A DNA stretch of 64,000 nt from an uncultured Acidobacteriaceae bacterium (GTDB lineage Bacteria; Acidobacteriota; Terriglobia; Terriglobales; Acidobacteriaceae), in contig CAWBMI010000002.1 in assembly GCA_963789875.1 (NCBI GenBank), positions 549,360-613,359 of the forward strand, given 5' to 3'. A program made the translations under genes and the position numbers. This document shows, piece after piece, positions 8,356-18,327 of this stretch. Each line of letters opens with the position of its first letter. Position 1 is the stretch's first letter. The notes beneath the pieces are model-generated. The model searched no databases and was not told the origin of the DNA. It worked only from the letters and a program-made list of their open reading frames with translations.

Positions 8356-8454
8356 ATTTTTGGTTGGGTGAGGCGTTGCGCGAGTGTTGCGCAGCAGCTG
8401 AAAGGCGTTGTAATTTTTCGAAGCCTGGGGCGCGGACGAAGAGTGACCATGAGA

Positions 8455-8566
8455 ACTTATCTTCCGCCCCTTCGGGGCTCGGTTCCCCTTTCCCACTTTT
8501 CCCAGCGCCAAAGGCGCTGGGCTAATGTCAGTCGCCCCTCTAAGGCGGTATTTTTCGCCGACCGTT
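8455..8566. repeat. REP-like hairpin cluster between convergent genes
   Basis: It contains CCGCCCCTTCGGGGCT (8464-8479, identical to 4532-4547) and a 9-bp stem CCCAGCGCC-AAA-GGCGCTGGG (8501-8521) with the same TTTCCC...GGGCT flanks as the 4502-4521 hairpin. Confidence 0.6.
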
Positions 8567-9772
8567 CTAGAGCGCGGCTACCCTTCGTTGTATCAGCAGG
8601 AAATACATGGCTAGCAGAATCAGGAGGAAACCGTTGACGGTCAGCACTACCGGCGCGGTGAAAAGCGGTACCAGCCAGCCTGACAACAGATTTCCCATGG
8701 GCATACCGCCGCGGAAAGCGAAGTTATAGACGCTCATCACCCGGCCGCGCATTTCGTTGGTGGTCATCAATTGCACGAGGGAGTTTACAGTGGCGAAGAC
8801 GGCCATCATGGCTGCGCCCACCAGGACAAGAATGGCGCCGCTGAGGTGCTCCGACTTGGACAGCGCGAAGCCGGCGATCCCCGCGCCCAGGCAGAGAAGA
8901 GCCCCGAGGGCGACAAGTCCTTTTCGGTTTATATTGCCGAGCCATGCGATGGTGAGCGAGCCAATGATGGAGCCCAGCCCCATCAGTGCCAGAAGATTTC
9001 CGTAGGTCTCGGGACCGCGGTGGAAGATATCTTTCACGAAGACCGGAATATAGGTTCGCATGGGCATGCCGAGCGCGGTCATGCAAAAAGCCAGGACGAT
9101 TAGCGCCTCCATCGAACGTTGTTTGCGGGCGAAGTGAATTCCCTGCTTGAGGCTGAAGAGGATGGACTCGGTAGTTTTCACTGGCAAGAAACGGGCGCTG
9201 ATGATCGACAGCGAAATTATGGGCGCAAGAAAAGAAAGGGCGTTCAGACCGAAGCACCATTTTTCGCCCAGTTTCGCCAAGGCTTGTCCGGCTAAAGCTG
9301 GCCCCACCATGACCGCGACGTTGAATTGAATGGAATTCAGCGCGATCGCGTTGGGCATATCTTCTTTTTCGACGAGCGTGGGAATCAAGGCCTGGTAGGC
9401 TGGGCCACCGAAAGCCTGGGCGAAGCCGGAGATGAATGAGAGACAGAGAATGTGCCAGACATGGACCGTGCCGGTGGCTACCAGAACAGTAAGGATGGCG
9501 GCGGTAAACATCTGGACATATTGAGAGCCGAGAAGAATGCGGCGGCGCTCGACCCGGTCGGCGATGACTCCGCCGATCAGCGAGAAGAGAAAAATGGGAA
9601 TACCGCCGAGAAACTGATCGAGTGCGAGTAGAAAAGCGGAGTGGCTGAGGCGGTAGATGAGCCAGCCCTGGGCGACGATCTGCATCCAGGTGCCGATGCT
9701 GGAAGTGCAGGCGCCGATCCACATCAGACGGAAATCGCGATATTGAAATGCCTTAAAAACCCGACGAATCAA
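8567..9772 (-). CDS. MFS transporter (MFS_3 / EntS-like family)
   Basis: 401 aa with about 12 TM segments. The N-terminus FRLMWIGACTSSIGTWMQIVAQGWLIYRLS is typical of this MFS subfamily. Confidence 0.85.
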   Translation of the reverse strand: MIRRVFKAFQYRDFRLMWIGACTSSIGTWMQIVAQGWLIYRLSHSAFLLALDQFLGGIPIFLFSLIGGVIADRVERRRILLGSQYVQMFTAAILTVLVATGTVHVWHILCLSFISGFAQAFGGPAYQALIPTLVEKEDMPNAIALNSIQFNVAVMVGPALAGQALAKLGEKWCFGLNALSFLAPIISLSIISARFLPVKTTESILFSLKQGIHFARKQRSMEALIVLAFCMTALGMPMRTYIPVFVKDIFHRGPETYGNLLALMGLGSIIGSLTIAWLGNINRKGLVALGALLCLGAGIAGFALSKSEHLSGAILVLVGAAMMAVFATVNSLVQLMTTNEMRGRVMSVYNFAFRGGMPMGNLLSGWLVPLFTAPVVLTVNGFLLILLAMYFLLIQRRVAAL

Positions 9773-9979
9773 ACTACGTCTCCCCTAGCTTCGGCGCACC
9801 TAACATCAGACTCTACCAGACGGCGTTCGGTTAGCCGCGTGTGGGAAAGTGGACGCCTGGCCGTGATCTTATCTTCCGTAACTGTTCAAGAGTCGGTGGC
9901 ATATACTCTTGGTTCATAAAATTTGGGGTTGTTGGAATCCGGCTCTCGGAATTTGTGTTCGTAAAATTTCAGGAGGACT

Positions 9980-12259
9980 ATGCAACGCTTCGTCGTCGCG
10001 CTGCTTGTTATTAGCTTTTGTGTGCCATCGTTGATTGCCGAATCGGCGGAAGCGAAGCCGGATGCGGCGATTTATGGATTTTCGGCGCAGCATGGCCGCA
10101 GCGAGCGCGATTGGGAGAGTAAGTTTAAAGCGCTGCCCAATGCGCAGAAGCAACGCGACTACATGCAATTGCTGGCCGCGCGGCCACATCATGTAGGCTC
10201 AGCTTACGATAAGCAGAATGCCGAGTGGATTCTGGCCCGGTTCAAAGAGTGGGGGCTGGATGCGAAGATTGAAACTTTCAAAGTTCTTTTTCCTACTCCG
10301 AAAAAGCGACTGCTGGAGTTGATCGCTCCGACGCATTTTGCGGCGAAGCTTCAGGAACCGCCTTTAGCAGAAGATCCTACATCGAACCAGCGCGACGAGC
10401 AGCTTCCGACCTACAACGCTTACTCGCGCGACGGAGATGTAACCGCGCCGCTGGTTTATGTGAACTACGGCCTGGTCGAAGACTACGAACGCTTGCAGCG
10501 CCTGGGTGTTTCGGTGCAGGGAGCGATTGTGATTGCGCGCTACGGCAACTCGTGGCGGGGAATGAAGCCTAAGATCGCCGCTGAGCACGGAGCCGTGGGC
10601 TGCATTATTTATTCCGACCCGAAGGATGACGGATATTTTGGCGGCGATGTTTTTCCCAAAGGCGCTATGCGTCCGGATCAGGGCGTGCAGCGCGGTAGCG
10701 TGATGGATTTTGCGTCGAACTATCCGGGCGATCCGCTGACTCCGGATCGTGGCGATCCGAATGCGGCGCACATGACTGCGACGAATGCTCCCAGTATTAC
10801 GAAAATTCCGACTATGCCGATTTCTTATGGCGATGCGCAGCCGCTGCTGGCTGCGCTAACCGGCCCGCTTGCCCCGGAGGAGTGGCGTGGAGCTTTGCCG
10901 ATCGCTTATCACGTCGGGCTAGGCGCGGCGAAGGTGCATCTGGTGGTGGAATCGAACTGGGATATCAAAGATGTGAACGATGTGATTGCGCGCATCCCTG
11001 GCTCGTCGGAGGCCGATGAGTGGGTGGTGCGGGGTAACCATCACGATGGCTGGGTGAACGGGGCTGAGGATCCCATTTCGGCGCAGGTGGCGCTACTCGA
11101 AGAGGCGCGGTCGTTCGGTGAATTGCTGAAACAAGGGTGGAAGCCGAAGCGCACGATTATTTATTGCGCGTGGGATGGCGAGGAGCCGATGCTGCTGGGT
11201 TCGACAGCGTGGGCTGAAACTCATGGGCGCGAGTTGCAAGAGCATGCCGCGGTCTACATCAACACGGATAGCAATGGGCGCGGCTATTTGCTGCTGGAGG
11301 GCTCGCACTCGCTCGAGCATTTCATGAACGACGTGGCGCGGAACATTGAGGATCCAGAGACCAAGCTTACTGCCTTCGAGCGCGACCGGTTGGCGGGGAT
11401 TGCCGTGGCAAAATCTGATGACGAGCGTAAAGAGTTGCGGGAGCGGCCTGATCTGCGCATGGACGCTTTGGGCTCCGGAACCGACTACACGGCATTCATC
11501 GATCATTTGGGAGTGGCCTCTCTTAATCTTGGTTATGGCGGGGAAGACGATGGGGGAATTTATCACTCCATTTATGACGACTTTTATTGGTACACGCATT
11601 TCTCCGACACTGATTTTGTTTACGGAGTGGCGCTCTCGCAGACGATCGGAACCGCGGTGATGCGGATGGCTGATGCCGATGTGCTGCCTTACGAGTTCAC
11701 AGGCCTTGCTGACACGATGCAGAAGTACAACAAAGATTTGCAGAAGCTTTTGCAAAGCAAGCAGGACGAAGCCCACGAGCGCGAGCTGGAATTAAAGGAA
11801 GGAACGTATCGGGCGGCAAACGATCCGCGCCGGCCTACGGTTGCGCCGCCGGCGGAGGACACGCCTCCGCACCTGAATTTTGCGCCGCTGGAGAATGCTA
11901 TTGACGGGCTTAGCAAGAGCGCTGAGCGTTATAAAGCGGCTTTCGGCAAGGCGGAGGCCACCGGATTCGGCGGTGGCGATTTGCAACTGGCGGCGCTGAA
12001 TAAGAAGTTACTGCAGAGTGAGCGGAAGCTTACCGACCCCGCCGGCTTGGCGCGACGGCCCTGGTACAAGCACATGATTTACGCACCGGGGGTGTATAGC
12101 GGCTATGCGCCGAAGACGATGCCAGGCATTCGTGAGGCGATCGAGCAGCGGCGCTGGCAGGAGGCTGAAACGGAGATCGCGCGGGTGGCGAAAGTGCTTG
12201 AAAATGAAGCTGCGCTTATCAATTCCGCCGCAACTGATTTAGATGCTTTGGCTAAGTAG
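9980..12259 (+). CDS. M28 family metallopeptidase, glutamate carboxypeptidase II/PSMA-like (PA domain plus TfR-like dimerisation domain)
   Basis: 759 aa with a signal peptide. The PA domain shows GAIVIARYG...GAVGCIIYSDP. M28 motifs are GNHHDGWVNGAEDP, WDGEEPMLLGSTAW and YHSIYDDFYWY. A strong SD AGGAGG lies at 9971-9976. Confidence 0.85.
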   Translation: MQRFVVALLVISFCVPSLIAESAEAKPDAAIYGFSAQHGRSERDWESKFKALPNAQKQRDYMQLLAARPHHVGSAYDKQNAEWILARFKEWGLDAKIETFKVLFPTPKKRLLELIAPTHFAAKLQEPPLAEDPTSNQRDEQLPTYNAYSRDGDVTAPLVYVNYGLVEDYERLQRLGVSVQGAIVIARYGNSWRGMKPKIAAEHGAVGCIIYSDPKDDGYFGGDVFPKGAMRPDQGVQRGSVMDFASNYPGDPLTPDRGDPNAAHMTATNAPSITKIPTMPISYGDAQPLLAALTGPLAPEEWRGALPIAYHVGLGAAKVHLVVESNWDIKDVNDVIARIPGSSEADEWVVRGNHHDGWVNGAEDPISAQVALLEEARSFGELLKQGWKPKRTIIYCAWDGEEPMLLGSTAWAETHGRELQEHAAVYINTDSNGRGYLLLEGSHSLEHFMNDVARNIEDPETKLTAFERDRLAGIAVAKSDDERKELRERPDLRMDALGSGTDYTAFIDHLGVASLNLGYGGEDDGGIYHSIYDDFYWYTHFSDTDFVYGVALSQTIGTAVMRMADADVLPYEFTGLADTMQKYNKDLQKLLQSKQDEAHERELELKEGTYRAANDPRRPTVAPPAEDTPPHLNFAPLENAIDGLSKSAERYKAAFGKAEATGFGGGDLQLAALNKKLLQSERKLTDPAGLARRPWYKHMIYAPGVYSGYAPKTMPGIREAIEQRRWQEAETEIARVAKVLENEAALINSAATDLDALAK

Positions 12260-12345
12260 TGCGGCGAGCGGAGCTCTGCATGTAAAATCACCAGTAGTGC
12301 AGCGTGTATTAAAAGCCTCGAGTTGGGTGTCATAATCCGCATATC

Positions 12346-13536
12346 GTGTGGCTAATTCTATATCTCGCTTTGGGCGTGGCCGTAATTGGGGCGCTCTCTT
12401 CCACGGTATTTCTTGGGTTGACTTTCCTGGGAGTGATTCGATTTCATCGCGATGCGCGACGGCAACTGCGCGCGATTCCCGACGACGCTCACCTTCCTCC
12501 GTTGTCTGTGCTCAAGCCGGTGCATGGGCTGGAAGCGCAGCTCAAGAAAAATATTGAAAGCTTTTTTCAGCAGGATTACCCCGACTACGAGATTTTATTT
12601 GCCGCCGACACTGCCGATGACGCGGCGCTGGAGGTTGTACGGGAAGTGAGTGCGCGCTATCCGAAGATTCGCAGCCGGATATTGGTGACGGGAACGCCAT
12701 GGCCGAATCCAGTGGTCTATTCGTTTTATTCGATGGCGGAGGCAGCTGCGCACGAGATTCTGGTTACCACCGACAGCGACGTGGAAGTTTCTCCGAACTA
12801 CTTGCGGGAGATTGTACCGCCCATGCTTGATCCGCATGTGGGCATGTTGACTTGCGTCTATCGCGGCAAGAATGCGGCGGGATTTTTTTCCGGACTCACC
12901 GCCATCGGCATGTCGGTGGAGATGACGGCGGGCGTGCTGGTGGCGAATCTGCTGGAAGGAATGAAGTTTGGCCTGGGGCCGACGACTGTTGTGCGCAAGC
13001 ATGCACTGGCTAGCATCGGCGGTTATTCAGCGCTGAAGGATTACATCGCTTATGACTTCGCGATCGGCAACCTGATTGCAAAAGCGGGGTATCGCGTTGT
13101 GCTTTCGGGACACATCATCGATCACGTGGTGAACCAGAAATCGTTCCGCCACATGTGGCAGAACCAGTTGCGTTGGGCGCAGACTACGCGCTACTCAAGG
13201 CCTAAGGGACATTTTGGCAGCGGGCTTATCTTCGCCATGCCTTATGGACTGTTGGGATTCTTTGCGGCTTGGGGGTTGGGGCATCTCGCACTCGGAGCCT
13301 GGCTGCTGGCGCTTGCTGTGCTCAACCGTCTGCTCGAGGCCTGGCTGGTAGGTTGGACGGTGGTGCGCGATCCGAAAGTCTGGCGGGCGCCCTGGCTTTA
13401 TCCGCTGCGCGATTTGGTCGGCTTTGCCATTTGGTTCGCGAGCTACCTGAAGCTGCGCTACGTTTGGCGCGACAGCCGCTTCGAACTGAGAGGGACGCGA
13501 ATCGCGCTGCGGCAGACGACTTCCGATAGCAGGTAG
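12346..13536 (+). CDS. GT2/GT21-family glycosyltransferase (ceramide glucosyltransferase / HpnI-like)
   Basis: 396 aa with an N-terminal TM. Motifs are SVLKPVHGLE, TDSDVEV (DxD) and QLRWAQTTRY (Q/RxxRW). Confidence 0.8.
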   Translation: MWLILYLALGVAVIGALSSTVFLGLTFLGVIRFHRDARRQLRAIPDDAHLPPLSVLKPVHGLEAQLKKNIESFFQQDYPDYEILFAADTADDAALEVVREVSARYPKIRSRILVTGTPWPNPVVYSFYSMAEAAAHEILVTTDSDVEVSPNYLREIVPPMLDPHVGMLTCVYRGKNAAGFFSGLTAIGMSVEMTAGVLVANLLEGMKFGLGPTTVVRKHALASIGGYSALKDYIAYDFAIGNLIAKAGYRVVLSGHIIDHVVNQKSFRHMWQNQLRWAQTTRYSRPKGHFGSGLIFAMPYGLLGFFAAWGLGHLALGAWLLALAVLNRLLEAWLVGWTVVRDPKVWRAPWLYPLRDLVGFAIWFASYLKLRYVWRDSRFELRGTRIALRQTTSDSR

Positions 13537-13574
13537 CATTCTGCGAGGATTTTGGGGCCGGGCTGTTTCTATTT

Positions 13575-14543
13575 TTGGAGGCTTTATTGCGTGCTCTAGT
13601 TACGGGGGCTGCCGGGTTTATCGGGAGCAACATGGTCGATCGTCTTCTAACGGCGGGGCATGACGTGGTCGGCTTGGATAATATGTCCACCGGGCAGCGG
13701 CGTTTTCTGGAAGAGGCCCACCGCAATCCTCGTTTCGGTTTTCACCGGGGCGATTTGCTGGAGCGCGAAAGCTTGTTGGAGGCCATGCAGGGTGTGGAAT
13801 TGGTGGTGCATCTCGCTGCAAATGCCGACGTGCGCTTTGGCACTGAGCATCCTCGAAAGGATTTGGATCAGAATACAATCGCGACCTGGAATGTGCTGGA
13901 GGCTATGCGCGAGCGGGGGTGCAAGCGCATCGTGTTTGCGTCCACGGGATCGGTCTATGGCGAGCCGGAGGTTTTCCCGACGCCAGAGACTTGTCCTTTT
14001 CCAGTCCAGACTTCGCTTTATGGGGCATCGAAGTTGGCCGCGGAGGGGATGATTCAAGCCTATTGCGAAGGCTTCGGAATGCAGGGGTATATTTTTCGAT
14101 TCGTGTCGATTCTTGGTGAACGCTACACGCACGGGCACGTGTTCGATTTTTATCAGCAGCTCGCGGAGCATTCTGATCGTCTGCACGTGCTGGGCGATGG
14201 ACGTCAACGAAAATCTTATTTGTACGTACAGGATTGTATCGACGCGATTCTCCTGGCTATTGATCGTGCCGACGGCAAGGTGAATATTTTTAATCTTGGC
14301 ACCGACGAATATTGCAAGGTGAACGATTCAATCGGATGGATTTGCGAGTATCTTGGCCTGCATCCGAAACTTACTTACGCTGGAGGAGAGCGCGGCTGGA
14401 TTGGCGATAGTCCGTTCATTTTTCTAGACTGCTCGCGGATTCGCGGGCTGGGCTGGCGACCGCGATTGAGCATCCAACAGGCGGTGTTGGCTACGATCAA
14501 GTTCGTGAGCGCGGATGCGGCCGCCGTGAAGGCCGGCTTCTAA
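13575..14543 (+). CDS. NAD-dependent epimerase/dehydratase (SDR, UDP-glucose 4-epimerase-like)
   Basis: It has the Rossmann motif VTGAAGFIGS and the catalytic YGASK (YxxxK). The start is probably TTG 13587, with GGAGG at 13577-13581. Confidence 0.9.
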   Translation: MEALLRALVTGAAGFIGSNMVDRLLTAGHDVVGLDNMSTGQRRFLEEAHRNPRFGFHRGDLLERESLLEAMQGVELVVHLAANADVRFGTEHPRKDLDQNTIATWNVLEAMRERGCKRIVFASTGSVYGEPEVFPTPETCPFPVQTSLYGASKLAAEGMIQAYCEGFGMQGYIFRFVSILGERYTHGHVFDFYQQLAEHSDRLHVLGDGRQRKSYLYVQDCIDAILLAIDRADGKVNIFNLGTDEYCKVNDSIGWICEYLGLHPKLTYAGGERGWIGDSPFIFLDCSRIRGLGWRPRLSIQQAVLATIKFVSADAAAVKAGF

Positions 14544-14610
14544 ATTGAGCTACACTTGGGCCTTTTACGCTTAGCGTCGTCGTGGGGCGCCGCGCAGGGA
14601 ATCTATATCT

Positions 14611-15594
14611 TTGATCATCACACGAAGCCCGCTGCGAATTTCTCTGGGTGGTGGAGGCACCGATCTTCCTTCGTATTATCGGAAGCACGGCGGCTTCGTA
14701 CTGTCAGCGGCGATTAATCAGTATGTTTACATAACCATTAACGAGGCGTTTCGCCCGCGAATTATTTTGAAATATTCGAAGCTGGAGGATGTGGAGCGGG
14801 TCGAGGAAATCCAGCACCCCATTATTCGCGAAGCTTTGCGAATGACCGGAATCACTGGGCCTTACCTTGAAATTGTGAGCTTGTCCGACATTCCGGCGGG
14901 CACGGGGCTGGGATCTTCGGGGAGTTTCACCACTGCGCTGCTGCGCGCGCTGCATACGAAGAGGCGAAGTTTCGTGCCTCCGCAGGAGTTGGCAGAACAG
15001 GCTTGTCACATCGAAATCGATTTACTGCAGGAACCGGTGGGTAAACAGGATCAGTACATCTCCGCCTTTGGAGGCATTACTTGTTTCGAGTTTTTGCCGG
15101 ACGACCGAGTAGTCGCTGAGCCTTTGAAGATCGCTCCTGAGGCGTTGGCCAATCTCGAGGATAATTTGCTGCTGTTTTTTACCGGGGCGTCGCGCTCGGC
15201 GGGCGAAGTCTTGCGCGACCAGGACCGGCGTACTCGGGAGAACGCGAGCGAGATGCTCGAGAATCTTCACTTCACGAAGCAACTCGGGCACGAGAGCCGG
15301 GACGCATTGCTGGCGGGCGATCTGAGGAAGTTTGCCGAGCTTATGCACGTGCACTGGGAACACAAAAAGAAGCGCTCGCCGGGAATGAGCAGTGGTTTTA
15401 TCGATGAGATGTACGAGTTGGCGCGCGCTCACGGAACGATTGGCGGCAAACTGATCGGCGCGGGCGGCGGCGGCTTCTTGCTGCTCTATACGGAAGACAA
15501 GACTCGCTTGCGCTCGGCGATGCGCGGCGCGGGACTCCGCGAAGTTCGGATGCGGTTTGATTTCAGCGGGACTTCAGTCCTGGCGCATTCTTAA
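14611..15594 (+). CDS. hddA: GHMP kinase, D-glycero-alpha-D-manno-heptose 7-phosphate kinase-like
   Basis: The N-terminus MIITRSPLRISLGGGGTDLPSYY is characteristic of HddA-type kinases. The GHMP motif is PAGTGLGSSGS and the C-terminal motif is GAGGGGF. It uses a TTG start. Confidence 0.85.
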   Translation: MIITRSPLRISLGGGGTDLPSYYRKHGGFVLSAAINQYVYITINEAFRPRIILKYSKLEDVERVEEIQHPIIREALRMTGITGPYLEIVSLSDIPAGTGLGSSGSFTTALLRALHTKRRSFVPPQELAEQACHIEIDLLQEPVGKQDQYISAFGGITCFEFLPDDRVVAEPLKIAPEALANLEDNLLLFFTGASRSAGEVLRDQDRRTRENASEMLENLHFTKQLGHESRDALLAGDLRKFAELMHVHWEHKKKRSPGMSSGFIDEMYELARAHGTIGGKLIGAGGGGFLLLYTEDKTRLRSAMRGAGLREVRMRFDFSGTSVLAHS

Positions 15595-15601
15595 GAATCT
15601 A

Positions 15602-16303
15602 ATGTTACCTGTGGCGATACTTGCTGGGGGCTTGGCGACGCGTCTGGGACCGGTCACTCAGTCCACACCCAAGGCTCTGATTGCAATCAACGGGGAGCCA
15701 TTTGTGGCACATCAGCTGCGGCTGTTGCGGAAAAATGGCATCCAACATGTCATACTGTGCGTCGGCCATATGGGTGAGATGATCGAGCGGGCGGTGGGCA
15801 GTGGGAGACGTTTTGGAGTGAAAGTGGATTATTCCTATGATGGTCCGGCGCTGCTGGGTACGGCTGGAGCAATTCGCGGTGCGCTGCCGAAGTTGGGCGA
15901 ACGATTTTTTGCGATGTATGGGGATTCTTATCTTCCGTGCGATTATGCGGCGATCGAGCACGAGTTTTCGCAGAGCGGCAAGTCGGGATTGATGACGGTG
16001 TTTCGCAACGAAGGGCAGTGGGATTCGAGCAACGTGGAATTTGAAAACGGAAAAATTCTTTCCTACAGCAAGAAGAATCGAACGTCACGCATGCTGTATA
16101 TCGATTACGGGCTGGGCGCCTTTCGTACCGAAGCGTTTGCTCAAACAGGCGCCGCTGATCTTGCGAATGTCTACGCTAATTTGCTGAAGGTGGGGGAACT
16201 GGCCGCGGTTGAAGTGCACGAGCGTTTTTATGAGATCGGCTCGCCGGCGGGATTGGAAGAAACGACACGGTTTCTGAGCCAGGTAGGAGATGCGCCACGA
16301 TGA
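15602..16303 (+). CDS. hddC: sugar-1-phosphate nucleotidyltransferase, heptose 1-phosphate guanylyltransferase-like
   Basis: It has the NTP_transferase motif AILAGGLATRL. ATG 15602 follows the hddA stop by 7 nt, and the longer 15557 start would overlap hddA. The stop overlaps the next start (ATGA). Confidence 0.8.
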   Translation: MLPVAILAGGLATRLGPVTQSTPKALIAINGEPFVAHQLRLLRKNGIQHVILCVGHMGEMIERAVGSGRRFGVKVDYSYDGPALLGTAGAIRGALPKLGERFFAMYGDSYLPCDYAAIEHEFSQSGKSGLMTVFRNEGQWDSSNVEFENGKILSYSKKNRTSRMLYIDYGLGAFRTEAFAQTGAADLANVYANLLKVGELAAVEVHERFYEIGSPAGLEETTRFLSQVGDAPR

Positions 16304-17478
16304 GCGACTCCAGTTCGTATCGGGAAAGCTTCGCTCAGGATTTTCTTGCGGAGGCTGGCGAGATCATCGCGAAGCTGGACGTACCTAGCATCGAGAAGGC
16401 GGCGGAGTTGCTCGCGCGGACTCGAGCAGCGGGTGGCCGGCTTTTTATTCTGGGCGTGGGTGGGAGCGCGGCTAATGCTTCGCACGCAGTGAACGACTTC
16501 CGCAAGATCGCGGGCATGGAGGCTTATGCTCCTACGGACAATGTGGCGGAGCTCACGGCGCGCGCCAACGATGAAGGCTGGGGCTCGATTTTCGACGGTT
16601 GGCTGCGCACCAGTCGGCTGCGCTCGGTGGATCTGCTGCTGATTTTTTCCGTGGGCGGCGGAGATGTGGAGCAGAATGTAAGCCCGAATCTGGTTGCCGC
16701 TTTGCAATATGCCAAATCGGTTGGGACAAAAATCATCGGCGTGGTGGGGCGCGATGGCGGTTACACAGCTCGCGTCGCTGATGTTTGCGTGCTGATTCCT
16801 ACGGTGAACGCGGCGCACATCACTCCGCATACGGAGGCATTCCAGGCGGTGGTTTGGCATCTGCTGGTTTCGCATCCGGCGGTGAAGCGGCAGGCGACGA
16901 AGTGGGAGTCGATGGCTTCGAACGGCCGGCACCGCGCGGTTTTTCTGGATCGCGACGGCGTAATTAACCGGACTTTTGTGCGCAACGGCAAACCGTTTCC
17001 GCCGGCAAACCTGCAGGAACTCGAAGTGCTTCCCGGAGTTCCGGAAGCTTTGCAGGAGTTGAAGCAGAAGGGCTACAAATTGCTGGTGGTGACCAACCAG
17101 CCCGACGTAGCGCGCGGAAAGCAATCGCAGGAGATGCTGGATGCGTTTCATCGAACGTTAGCCACGCGGCTGCCGCTCGACGATATTCTGGTCTGCGAGC
17201 ACACCGATGAAGACCAATGCGATTGCCGGAAGCCCCTGCCCGGGATGCTACTGGAAGCGGCGCGTCGGCATCACATCGATCTTGCGGCCAGTTTCATGGT
17301 GGGTGATCGCTGGCGTGACATCGAGGCCGGTTATAATGCTGGGTGTAGGACTATTCTTATCGATTACGGCTATGCGGAGAAACCTCCAGACCGTGTTCCG
17401 GATGCGCGCGTGGAGTCTCTTCGCGAAGCGGCCGACTGGATTCTCCATTCCGCGCCCATAGGAGCGCATCCCCGATGA
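16300..17478 (+). CDS. gmhA/gmhB: bifunctional fusion: SIS-domain sedoheptulose 7-phosphate isomerase (GmhA-like) plus HAD-IIIA D,D-heptose 1,7-bisphosphate phosphatase (GmhB-like)
   Basis: The N-terminal half carries a SIS motif (LFILGVGGSAANASHAVNDF). The C-terminal half has FLDRDGVIN (DxD nucleophile), VVTNQPDVARG, the Zn-site-like CEHTDEDQCDCRKP and MVGDRWRDIEAG. Confidence 0.85.
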   Translation: MSDSSSYRESFAQDFLAEAGEIIAKLDVPSIEKAAELLARTRAAGGRLFILGVGGSAANASHAVNDFRKIAGMEAYAPTDNVAELTARANDEGWGSIFDGWLRTSRLRSVDLLLIFSVGGGDVEQNVSPNLVAALQYAKSVGTKIIGVVGRDGGYTARVADVCVLIPTVNAAHITPHTEAFQAVVWHLLVSHPAVKRQATKWESMASNGRHRAVFLDRDGVINRTFVRNGKPFPPANLQELEVLPGVPEALQELKQKGYKLLVVTNQPDVARGKQSQEMLDAFHRTLATRLPLDDILVCEHTDEDQCDCRKPLPGMLLEAARRHHIDLAASFMVGDRWRDIEAGYNAGCRTILIDYGYAEKPPDRVPDARVESLREAADWILHSAPIGAHPR

Positions 17479-18224
17479 AGTCCGTGTCCGAATTGCGGGT
17501 GCAAATCTTCGCGGACGGGGCCGACAAGGCCAGTATGCTGGAGATGTACCGCCAGCCTTATATCAAAGGCTTCACTACCAATCCCACGCTGATGCGGGCG
17601 AACGGCGTCACCGACTATCAGGGATTTGCGCTGGATGTCTTGACGACGATTCAAGACCGGCCGATTTCGTTTGAAGTATTTGCCGATGAAGACGTGGAGA
17701 TGGAAGAGCAGGCGCGCCACATTGCGGCCTGGGGCAAGAATGTGTTCGTCAAGATTCCAGTGATGAGTACAACGGGCGCTGCGACTTATGATCTGATTCG
17801 CAGCCTTTCTTCCGAAGGCATTCAGTTGAATGTGACCGCGCTTCTTACGCTGGAGCAGGTGCGCAGCGTCGGCAAGGCTCTGCAGGGAAGCGCGTCGGCT
17901 TATGTTTCGGTTTTTGCCGGGCGCATCGCCGACACGGGACGCGATCCGGTGCCACTGATGCGCGAAGCTGTGGCCATAGTGAACGATGCGAATGCGCAAC
18001 TGATGTGGGCCAGCCCGCGCGAATTGCTGAACGTTTTTCAGGCCGACGAAATTGGATGTCACGTGATCACCGCGACCACCGACATTTTGAAGAAGCTGCC
18101 GCTGGTGGGTAAAGATCTGCATGAGTTCTCGCAGGAGACGGTGCAGATGTTCCGTCGGGATGCGGTGAAGTCGGGGTACTCGCTGGCCACGGTTAAAGAG
18201 GGAGTGGGGCTTTCGCGCGGTTAA
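17475..18224 (+). CDS. transaldolase family protein (short type)
   Basis: 249 aa with the motifs GFTTNPTLM and a Schiff-base Lys context VFVKIPV. The start overlaps the upstream stop (ATGA). Confidence 0.85.
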   Translation: MKSVSELRVQIFADGADKASMLEMYRQPYIKGFTTNPTLMRANGVTDYQGFALDVLTTIQDRPISFEVFADEDVEMEEQARHIAAWGKNVFVKIPVMSTTGAATYDLIRSLSSEGIQLNVTALLTLEQVRSVGKALQGSASAYVSVFAGRIADTGRDPVPLMREAVAIVNDANAQLMWASPRELLNVFQADEIGCHVITATTDILKKLPLVGKDLHEFSQETVQMFRRDAVKSGYSLATVKEGVGLSRG

Positions 18225-18327
18225 GAGTTATTCGATGGTTGATCGGCAGCCTACCAGCATCAAGTACAGAGGCGCTTCGCTTCGCTCAGCATGACAGCGG
18301 AGATTTATGGAGCGACTACGTTGCGCT

